Origin: Podarcis muralis
Lineage: Eukaryota
DNA length: 64,000 nt
Assembly (NCBI RefSeq): GCF_964188315.1
Contig: NC_135663.1
Span: 59,830,001-59,894,000, forward strand
Reading direction: 5' to 3'
In this document: one piece after another, positions 1 through 11,500 of the stretch
Numbering within the stretch: position 1 is the stretch's first letter
Layout of the letters: every line of letters starts with the position of its first letter
The notes under the pieces: generated by a model
Told to the model about the DNA's origin: nothing
What the model saw: only the letters and a program-made list of their open reading frames with translations
The model's database searches: none
Made by a program: the position numbers and the translations under genes

Positions 1-125
1 ATGCCTGTATGCATCCATCATTCTCTCTTCCCTCCAAAGGCAGCAGCAGCAATATGGTGGGCAGGGCCAGAGCGGAGCCAAAAGGGAAGCCAAAGGCGGC
101 CGAAGCAGAACATAAAGCCTCAATG

Positions 126-156
126 GCGCGCGCGCACACACACACACACACACACA
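126..156. repeat. (GC)n(CA)n alternating purine-pyrimidine microsatellite
   Basis: gcgcgcgcgc followed directly by a (ca) run. Confidence 0.9.
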
Positions 157-1171
157 AACAGAAAACCGAAAAAGGAACCCGGGGTTGCCATGCATGGGGG
201 AAATTCTGGACATCTCTTAAAATTCAAAAAATCCTCCCAGTCGCCATTTTAGGCATCCAATTTCTGTATATGTCCAGAATTTTCCAGACGTATGGCAAGC
301 CTATCTCATGAAAGATTAAAGGCCAAACTAAATGAGACAACGGGAGATCCATGACTAGAGCTCCTGCAGGATTTTTCACATCTAAAAGCAGTCACAGCTC
401 AAGGGTAGCCCTGGTTTGGATCAGGGTTGCAGTGCGGGGTGGGAAGGGAGATTTGATCTTTTCTTCTGTGTCCTTTTCATCATCATTGTCGTCATCATTA
501 CCACTGCAAAATTTACATGCTTAATGCTGTCTTGCCTTGTACTTTCCCTAAACTACCACCATTGCTGCTTCAAACACAGAGGCAGTCTATTTGGACAAAA
601 TTTGCTACTCTCAAATTCACCACCTGAAGAAGGATTTTCAGCTTCTCTTGCAACCAATGCCAGCCCTCATAAGAAAACACACGTTTAAAAATGTTCACAA
701 CAGCCTACCAGTAATGAGAAACCTCAGAAATGCAATTCATAATATAGTATTTAGAATCAAATATGCACAGTGTTGTAATTAATGATTTGAAGACTAGCTA
801 GTTAAGAGAAACTTAGATTAGTCCTACAAATAGCATTTAATATGTATAACATTTGGGGAACGATCCAGCCTAAATAAGTTTCATCAATGCCAATGAGAGA
901 AATGTGAACACATGTGCACATTCACATATGAAATAATTGGAATATAATAGTGCATAACTTTAGCTAGACTGCCCTTGCTTTGTGTGCTATGCTGATTATT
1001 TCAGTATGTATTGTTGCTAATGAAGAAAGGTGCAATCCCTGGTGTCAATTATGTAACTTTGGGAAACAAAGCTTTCTTCCAGTTACTAACAACATATTCA
1101 AATAGCCCCAGGAAGGGTATTCATAATGTTCTCATTATCAAAGATGAACGCAATGTCCATGTTCATGAAGG

Positions 1172-1667
1172 ACTATAAGACGTACTTTTCCCCTCCTAAA
1201 AAGTAAGGGGAAATGTGTGTGCGTCTTATGGAGCAAATGCAGGCTGAGCGGCTAAGCCAGAAGCCAGAACAGCAAGAGGGATTGCTGGGCAGCGGAGGCT
1301 CCCTCTTCCTGTTCTAGCTTCTGGCTTAGCCCCTCAGTTCCTTCCCCCACCTCCTGGAAAAGCCCCCAAGAGCCGTGCTCCCTATAAAGAGCCACGCAGA
1401 GCATGTGTGCAGCTCTTGGGGGCTTTTCCCCCGAGGAGGGAGAAGGGCAGCCCGCCACTGATGGGCTGCCCTTCTCCCTCCTGGGGGAAAGCCTGCAAGC
1501 GCCGCACACACACTCCACGTGGCTTGTGAAAGGGAGCGCTGAGCAGAGCCTGGGATGCATACAGGCTCTGCTCAGTGCTCCCTTTAAAGAATTTTTTTTC
1601 CTTGCATTCCCCCTCTAAAAACTAGGTGTGTCTTATGGTCAGGTCGCTTATGGAGTGAAAAATACGG
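1172..1667. mobile_element. Tc1/mariner-pogo-like non-autonomous DNA transposon, left end degraded
   Basis: Right end gtgtgtcttatggtcaggtcgcttatggagtgaaaaatacgg followed by TA; internal ataagacg/cgtcttat subterminal motifs; GC-rich interior. Confidence 0.6.
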
Positions 1668-2458
1668 TATATCTGCATTACAGTTGTAATCAAGAATGAA
1701 TTACTGAGAGCATCCATTTGGATCACACTGTTTACTCACATAATATTGTTATAAGCTCACTATCTGATCGCTGGAAAGGATAGAATCCAGAGATGTAACA
1801 GAAATGGGATATTGACTGCTTAATGTTCCTTTCTGGTCAAACTTGACAGCCAATTCTGACTATACCTTCAATTTGTTAGGGAGATTGCTGGATAATTGCT
1901 CCCAATAGCCAGGAAATAGATGGAACCTTGATTATTCTTAATGAGGGGAAGCCACAGGGGTAGGGTGAAGTCATTTAGGTCTCGGTGTGTGCATACAGGA
2001 ACAAAATCTGACCCAGTTTGAGTCAAACTCAGGTAGAGATGGAGGGAAAGAACTAGATTTGAGCTCTGGGAAGCACTTTTTGGGACCCTACCCTGCAATC
2101 ATAATCCGAGTCCCTTCTTTGTGTGCCTCCTCCATAGGAAATCCAGATGTTGCCAACACAGGAATGGGCCTTTTCTGAGGTAGAACCTTGTTTGTGGAAC
2201 ACACTCCCCAGGGAGGCTCGCCTGGCACTTTCTTTAGGCATGAGGCGAAAACATTTCTCTTCAACCAGGAATTCAGCTGTTTAACATTCTATAGGTTTTT
2301 TTTAATGTGTTTGTGGGAGAAGGGTTGAATTGATTTGTTTTGGGTTTTGTTTTATTATGTATTTTGCTTTTTTTTTTTTTTTTGTAAACTGCCCTGGGGT
2401 CTTCGGATGAAGAGCGGTATACAATTTTTAATAATAATAATAATAGAAGATCATTTAC

Positions 2459-2566
2459 CACAGTTCTCTTCATCACTATCATCTTCACAGTCTGCTTGCC
2501 CATCACATCTTCTGGAAGACAAGACACACCTTCCTGAACGACATTTGAAATGGCTGGGAGAGCACT
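2459..2566 (-). CDS. CORIN: CORIN exon 13 (108 nt): LDLR-A repeat 6
   Basis: TTCCTGGCAG|AG acceptor, G|GTAAAT donor; (E)[35 protein letters not shown]. Confidence 0.96.
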
Positions 2567-5500
2567 CTGCCAGGAAAATTACAAAATCCAGTCAATTAAA
2601 ATGCCTTCATCATTAGCATGAAGAGAGACATAAAAGGAAAAAAGCACACACAGCCATGAAGAAGGGCCTATTGCTGTTCAGTTTGACTACTTCTTTGAGT
2701 TCCTTCAGTGCTGTTCAATTATTTTAAAATTGCATGGAAGTTTGACCTTATGAAAGTTTCATGAATATCTGGATTTGATTTCATACACATCTAGTGACAA
2801 CTTTATACTCTGGCTGCCATCTGCAATCCAAAACTGAGTAGCACTGACCCCCAATTAAGAGAATAACAGCCTTCATTCCATTAACTTATTATGCATATGA
2901 TTTGATTAGAAAAATAAATTTAAACATAAGGCAATGAAATTCTAGCCCTCCATACCAGAGTCCCCCTCAAGTATGCAATGTCTAGTTTAAATATTTAGTA
3001 ACCTTCTACATCTTCATCAGGTGTTAGACAAGTTTGATTGTCTGAGTTTTCTTCTGGGAACTGAGAACAATCAGTGTCTTCTGGCCACTGTAAGCCTACA
3101 ATTCCAAGTACAGACTCACATCGTTCTTTGGACTGTTCACAAAGCGCTCTGAAAAGATTATGTGGAAAAGAATTATTTTGGATGGGAAAATTAGAGACTG
3201 AATCAATTCACACTTTCCTTGAAAAAGCCATTGGCCAAACCCAGCAAAACTAGTTAAGAAAATTAAGATTTTTTTTGAGATTCTTTCAGTCATAATTATT
3301 TTCATGGGGTTTATTCTTTATTCATTACAACTATGTAAGATGGAGTAACCAGAAACAGAACACACTGTTATTAGGAACAATATACCATCAGTGCCTATAA
3401 AGGCTCTAAAACACTTTAACCATTATTTCCCCCACATTTCAATTGCAAATCAGCAGGAAATAATAGGAACTAAACAAAACACACACTTCCAGTTCATAAC
3501 ATCCCAGAGTGCCTTGCAGATTCCTTTGAAGTTATTGCCAATGCCTATCATTATTTAAATTATACTTGTGACCAAACGTGGGTGCTGCCAGCCTGTTCTT
3601 TTACAAAGCTGCAATTCACAACCAATGACTCTATCCAGTTAGGGAAAGGACAACCAAACTTATGTTTTCTCAGTATCAGACCAGCAATCACATCACTTGT
3701 GATGCAGACATGCCCTAACAGTAACAATATCTCTTACTTAAATGAAGACATGATGGGCTTGGCAATGCTACTAGCTTCCTACAGGTAAGGACTGAATAAA
3801 TATTAAGTTACTGTGTATCTGACTTGCTCTATCTGCACTGAAACCTTCTTGGGCAAAGTTGGGAAGATGGTTACAGACCAGATTCAGGCACTCTTGGATG
3901 ATACTGATTTTTTGATCCATTTCAATTAAGGTTTATACCTTGTTTTGGCACTGAGACCACCTTGGCCACTCTCGTCCTTTTATCAGGAGAGTGATCCTGT
4001 TGATCATTCTTCATTCTCAACAGCTTTTAATGACATAAACCACAGTATCCTTCTGGAGCACTGATTGTGTTGGAAGTGAGGGGTTCTGCTCTGCAGTGAT
4101 TCCAGTACTACTTGGATAGTACTCTAGAAGGGGGTGCTTGAGGAGGTATTGTTCAGCCCCACAGACCCTCCAGTATGGGGTTCTGTAGGATTTGATCCTG
4201 TTCTCCTATTTGATCCTATTCTCCATGAGCCAAACTATTCATCTTCTACATAAAACCACTGAGTGGGGTCATCCAGCATTCTGGAGCACATTGCCATCAA
4301 GAAGGTGTGGTGGTGGATGCAATGAACTGGTGCCTGACCACAATAATGAACTGGGTGAGAGCCAACAAACAAAAGTTCAATATAGAGAAGACAAAAACAC
4401 TTTCAGTAGATGATTCTGGATAGCAACCAGTTCTGGATGGGGATACACTTCCACTGAAGGTTTAGGTTCACAATTTGGGGTTATTTCTGCAACTATAATT
4501 GTCACTGGAAACACATGTGGTCTCTGTGGTGCAGAGCACCTTCTATCAGCATCGGCTGGTGGTCCAGCTGCAGCCTCATTTGAACAGGAATAGCTATGCT
4601 CTGGTAACTTCTACGTTAGATTAATGTAATGTGTCATATATAGGGCTGCCTTTCAAGACAGTTTGGAAATGGCACCTATTGCAGAACTCAGTGGCCAGAT
4701 TGCTAACAGGGAGCAGATGGGATGAACATACAATACCAAATCTGGTTTGTCACAATATTAGTTTCTGAGCCTAATTTAAAGTGCTGTTTTAACATATAAA
4801 GCCTTAAGTGGCTTAAGACCCCAATACTATGTGGACCACCTTCCCCATACAAGTCTAGCTAGACCCTAAGATAAACTGTGTGCCCCCGCAAGGAGAAGTC
4901 CAAGGTGATAATGAGAGGAGAAGCTCAGTTTGTGAATACTCTCCCCAAGGAAGCTCACCTGATACCGACATATTATTGATGCCATCTTTTCATGTTTTTA
5001 TTTTGGTTCTTACAGCTATTTTAGCTGGCATGTTTGGTTATTATCCTTCTGTAGGGAAGGGTATACAGTGGTACCTCTGGTTGCGGACATGATCCATTCC
5101 GGGGTGCCGTTCGCATCCTGAAAAGTCCATAACCAGAGCAGTGCTTCTGCGCATGTGCGAAGCGCGATTGAGCACTTCAGCGCATGCGCGAACAGCGCAG
5201 AACGTTTCTGCACATGTGCGAACCACATAGAACGCTTCTGCGTGTGGCAAAACCTGGAAGTAAACACTTCTGCGTTTTTGCAATCTTAACCCGAAAAAAC
5301 GCAACATGAAGCGTTCGCAAGAAGAGGTATAACTGTATATGTTTATTCATTCCTTTTAGTGGGTGATCACTTTGAGTAAGTTGTTGATTTTTAAATGTGT
5401 AAATTACATCAGTGTGAATCTTAGTTAGAAAGTACCTAATTAATTGAATAAGCAACAACAACAACTTATGGAAATAATAAGCAATAGGAACCTGTATGGT

Positions 5501-8500
5501 CATCATTCAAATTTTATCTTTGTGGTGAAGGGTCAAAATCCCATCGCCTTCTACAACTGTTTCATTAAACAGAAATGGTTGAGGATTCTCAGTGTAGGAA
5601 ACCTTAACACTAAGCTCAACCAGATGCTTAAGTAACAGAATATGTTTAGAGGTTTGCCTGAAACAGAATCTATAGATGCATGATAGATAAGCAGGAAGGA
5701 GAATTGCATGTCCATTTTAAAGAAAGACTGAGATAAAAGAAATCTGTAAAAATGCCATAAGAAAAAGAACACCTAAAAGAGTAAAAGATAAGAATTGCCT
5801 TACTCAATCAAACTTCATTCCATCTAATCTAGCATCCTGTTTCTGACAGGGACCAGCCATATATAACACTACAACTTCTTGAGCAGAGTGCAAATATAAC
5901 AATAATGCTCCTTTGTTGCGACTCCAGCATCTGGTGCTTCTAAACTGTATACTGCTTCTAAACACAGAAGTTCTATTTAGTTCTCATGACTAAAGGCCAT
6001 TGAGAAGAGTTTTCTGTGAATCTGCTTAAAGACAAACAGCAATAAAATTAGTGTTCGCTGGACATAGGGTTATTATAACTAAACTAAATAAAACCAACAT
6101 GCCTTTAGTTTACACCATAAGGATTGCACTGGTAATATTACAACACACTATAAGCAGAATTACAGTTGCACTGAAAGTTTTGTGGCCTGCTTTAAGCTAG
6201 TTATCAAGTGTTACCTGCATGGTGGAATGCGCTGATTTGTTTGAAGATCACATTTTGGCACTAAGATTGTGCAGGCAAAAAACATAAGGTATTTGTAACA
6301 GTTAGTTTGAACCAAGGCTGGGAACAGAGAGGACTCCCAGCTGATGGAGGCTTCTTTCTGTGTCCGATGGCCCAAATAGTTGGGGTAATGAGTATAATTA
6401 TAAGGCAGGTTCATGCAAAGTTCCAGTATAATTGGCTCACACTGACCTGTTAAAGTAAAAAAAAAAAGTTTTAAAATACTTGAAAAATATTACTGCATTT
6501 TCAAACAATTATTACATTGGATTATAACATTACACAAGGAATTTCTATTTTATTGAAAATGTATTATTTTATAAAACTAAAACCATTTCGAAACATCAAA
6601 ATGATATGTATGTTTCTGTTATCAATTACAGTCATATACAGAAGTCTATTTTGTTCTAATTCAGAGCTGGTTATATTAAAGGATACACATTTTTTTGGCT
6701 AAGTTACAGCTATTTAAAGAATGAAAAGCATTCATTTAAGACAAAGACAGGAACATCTGTTACTGCTCTATCTTTTCCATTTCTCTTGGAAGATTTAATT
6801 TATCCCCTTGTTTCTACCAATTTTCAAGTGTCTGGTAGTAAATATTCTCTTTTCAGAATGGGAATTGATAGGTCATCCTGAGACCCTTGCAGTATAATTC
6901 TGTTCCACAAAACATTTCACTTTCTTTCTTACCAATCTCAGATTCTTCCAGCTTTGTATTGCCTGGCCAGTCTTTTTTCACCAGTTTCCCTTTCAGTTAA
7001 GAATTCTTCTGCATGCCATATGTAAGTGGATCTAACCTTCAAAATCAAGTTTGCAGACCTAGGCTGTGCACACATTACTGTGTACTCCAGCTCTGGCACA
7101 CTCTCACCACTGAAGTTTGAAGCCAAGTACACATGCCATTAGCAACAGATTCCACAGGTATCCTGTAGCTTCTTGAGAAATACTCCTATTTGATGCAGCT
7201 TCCCTCAAACCAGCTTCCTTTCAATTAGAAAATGGAAGGTGCAATTAAGCTGAGGTGTGTACATTTCAAGCAGCCATTGATAGCATCTTCAGTGAATTAG
7301 AGCTTAGCATGGGAAACAAATCAGGTTATGGGAAAATACATTCCTGCCCCTTCTCTGGTGTGAACAGCAACTTTCAACACAGTGCAGGGAAATGAGCTCA
7401 CTACATTTCAAGCCTCTAATGTGTACATAGATCTAGTAGGGCTTATCTACTAGTTATTTGGCCTTTAATATTATATGCAGGCTGAGATTACAAAGGAGTT
7501 AGACTCCTATGTTCCAATCTCCCTCTCTTTCCTCGATTGCAGATCATGAAAAGAGAAGGCAACAATGGTACCAGGAAATTCATTTTCAACTTGACTATAG
7601 GATCTTCTTACTGCATCAAAATTAGCAAAAGATAGACTCTCCATCTCACCAGGTAGTAAGTGAATTCATCCTTTGTGTGGGCTCATTATTCCAATAGGAA
7701 CATGGGAAACTGCCTATCATGTCATCATGTTCAGTATTGCCAATGTTATCTGGCATTGGCCTTCATGTGAAAGTTTTCCTTAGTCCTACCTGGGGATGGC
7801 AGTGGCTGAACGTAGGACCTTTTACAGGCAAAGTATGTGCTTTACACTGAGGCTTTGTATACATTACTGGCTTAAAACAAAGCAAGGTCTTTCTTTTTCT
7901 CATTTTGGATCAAAGCTGGCTTGAGGGGAATGCATCAAAATGCAGTATTTCATAAGACATGATAAGATAGATACAGAATAATACATAGTGCAGCTAACGA
8001 CATGTTCACACCGCTTCCCAAAGCAGCAGAGTAAACAAGAGTGTGTTCATACCCAGAGCTACAAACCTTGAAACATCTCATTTCCATGAGGAGGTTCACC
8101 ATAAAAAATGACTGAAAAAAGGGACTGTGTAGTACAAAAAATATGCACATAAACCCAGGTCTGTTATACATTCTCTTCATCTTATTGTTTGGACAACCAT
8201 GCAGATCATGAGCCAACTCTAGTTCTCTTGCTTGCTTGTTCTTGCATTCACAATATATTTTGAGAATTTGTAACAATGAAGGCATATAAAAGACAGAAAG
8301 CATGTGAAGAACAAGTGATGGTAATTAAATCTGTAGTCATGATGAAAGCTCATGACTAAACACCTTTGTTTTTTGTTTGATCTGATCAAAGCCATTTCAA
8401 CAGAGACATGTGATGATTAATCATCAGAAGTAACTAAAACAAGGAGATCCTTTTCTTCTGAATACTGAAGTACACCATTATCTTTGCAAGGAAGATACTG

Positions 8501-11500
8501 GAATACGTACAAGATATAATAATTATATAAAGTAATACCCTACTCACTACAATTTGTTCGGCTATTATTCATGTTGCAGAGAGGAGAGTGGGTACAGGAA
8601 TCAGGACAGGAAGCAGAAGTACATTTCTGATCTCCTTCATGACATGGCATCTGACCTGGAAGAACAAAATAAAATCTTACAATAATTGCTGGATTGGATA
8701 ATGCTTTCATCAGTGCAAGTCAGTGCTTAAAGCCTGTTCCCAACATTCCATCTCATTGATACACTCTGTCTAGTGATAGACAATAATTTTTTTTAAAAAG
8801 GATTTGGGTTCAGGAAGAAGATATTGGTTGATCAGGTACCCCTAAGCCACCCAACTTCCAGGCTGTGATTGCTTCTGACTAAAAAACACAAATAGGGGCA
8901 GAAGACCACACACTTAATGGGCTGCCCAATAACTTGGCAGGGCATACTTCGACAGTACATGAGAGTGCTGTGATAGGAGACAGAATGGTGGCAAGCAACC
9001 TCAATTATTCTGTAAAAACCTCATCAATCCAACGCATCATCATTACTTATTGTCAACATGTATTCTAAAGAAAAAAATACCATTACAGATTCTTGCCTTG
9101 CATATTATCTCAAGTACACATATCATTAGAGAAGGAATTTGGCCAATATATTAACTTTAAAAAAAATCTGCTTATGCCAGTCTACTTTAACTGCAATACC
9201 CCACACCTCAGGTTTTACCTATGTGTTTGCAAGTTCAAATTCTACACCCACCCACACCAAAGGGGAGCAACTGTATCACTGACAGCTAGTGTAGTGTAAT
9301 GACTATAGGGCTAGTGCCAAGTTTTGCTGGCCTCTCAGGATAGTATCTATGTTGTCTGCACATATGGACCATACTGGTGATAGCATTGCTATCCAGCAGC
9401 TATCATCTGAGTCTGTTCTTCCCCATTGGCTGATGGCACACATCCTATCGGACTGAAACAGCCATTTGGCTCTGACCAGATACCATCTTTTATTCCCATA
9501 ATGCAATGCCATGGAGTGTACCGGGGCATCTGACTCTTCTAAAGGAATTGGACTGTTGCTTCCCCTTCCTTCTGTGTAAGGCCCTGAGGTTAGGGCTAGG
9601 AGAATAATGGTGATGGTCTCCTCAATATGAATTGGAGTGGTAGCAAGAGTGATGGCAAACCTGCTTCAACCCCTATGAGGAAACCTAACCTTGAGAGATT
9701 ATTTTCTGCCGGGGGGAAATGAGGTGTGCCTGAGCTTTAATACACCTAATCAAACCCAGGTAGATAATTTCACCCTACATCACCAGAGACACCCCTGGAG
9801 AGGTGGACATAGATGGGCTGTGGGCTCTCCTCCTCTGTCCCAAAGGATAGTACTAACTGCATCCTCTGGTGAATAATTACATGTCTGTGTTGGTTGGATG
9901 GCCATATTCTCAGTGGCACAGCCTGTTCCTGGCACTGAGGGAAGGCTGCAAAGAGTGGGTGAGGCTGGCACATCTGCAGGGTGGTGCCTGTGTAGCCCAG
10001 GATGTGTAATGAACTGCCAGATAAGCACTGGCTAATTTGTGCAGGCTTTTCAAAGGCAGGTTTGGAGATATATTGCTTTAATTCACATCTATTTCTAAAA
10101 TTACATTTGCAAGGCTTTCATTAGATACCATGAGGCTGTGAAATGGAACTCATTTTGAAAAAACCTAATCCCTCACTCTCACCCTGCTTCCCTATGGGAG
10201 CTCCTCTCTCAGTTCATTATGGAGCTAGAATCTGCATGAAACAGCACACAGATTTTTCCTAATCATAGCACAGCCTAAACAGAATTCCTATAAACACCAT
10301 GTCTTCGGACAACTTCATTGACGTAGCCATGGGGACCCTGTATTGAATTTCTATTTCCACAGAATGAATGACGGCAGTTATTTCAGCCTATCCCTTAATT
10401 GCATTTCCTTAAGGACCCTGTGGAAAGGAGACTGCTTTACTCATTCAACCACGTAGTGAGCTAATTTCATTTGCAAATTACACAGATGAAATACTAGAAT
10501 ACTTAAAGGACTCCCTTCCAGTTCTGCTTATAGTTTCACATGTACACTGTCCCACCGCCACACCATTTCTAAAACCAAACCAATACATTTATTTATCAAG
10601 GAGATTTTTTTATTTAGATTTTAGTCCTCTCTGCCTCTTGTTTATTCATTTAGAGTGGGTGGCGCTGTGGGTAAAAGCCTCAGCGCCTAGGGCTTGCCGA
10701 TCGAAAGGTCGGCGGTTCGAATCCCCGCGGCGGGGTGCGCTCCCGTTGCTCAGTCCTAGCGCCTGCCAACCTAGCAGTTCGAAAGCACCCCTGGGTGCAA
10801 GTAGATAAATAGGGACCGCTTACTAGCGGGAAGGTAAACGGCGTTTCCGTGTGCGGCTCTGGCTCGCCAGATGCAGCTTGTCACGCTGGCCACGTGACCC
10901 AGAAGTGTCTCCGGACAGCGCTGGCCCCCGGCCTCTTGAGTGAGATGGGCGCACAACCCTAGAGTCTGTCAAGACTGGCCCATACGGGCAGGGGTACCTT
11001 TACCTTTACCATTATTGTAGCTCTTAAAAACAGGCTCTAATCTCAAGGGCCTGAAGTGTAATACATATATAGTGGTACCTCGGGTTACATACGCTTCAGG
11101 TTATATACGCTTCAGGTTACAGACTCCACTAACCCAGAAATAGTACCTCGGGTTAAGAACTTTGCTTCAGGATGAGAACAGAAATCGTGCTCCGGCGGCA
11201 CGGCAGTAGCGGGAGGCCCCATTAGCTAAAGTGGTGCTTCAGGTTAAGAACGGACCTCCGGAACAAATTAAGTACTTAACCTGAGGTACCACTGTAAAGC
11301 CATACTTAACACATACATGTTCATCATTTGTTGACTGCAGTATCAAGTGGTGATCTACATCGGCTAATAAAGTCCTAAATAAGCAGTACGTGATTGCTTC
11401 TCCTGGGTTTGTTCATATTTAAAAACAGCCACCACATGGTGGCAGCAATCTGAATTGGGACCATGACACGTGGTGGGAGCGGGACTGACATTTCTTCTCA

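Noticed and set aside
1-2458. CORIN exon 14 (LDLR-A 7)
   Set aside because: No CDGFPDC-like Cys pattern was found on the minus strand; it is presumably outside the window.
10652-10740. tRNA genes at the SINE heads (also 26060-26137)
   Set aside because: A and B boxes are present, but there is no full cloverleaf and the sequence continues into SINE bodies.
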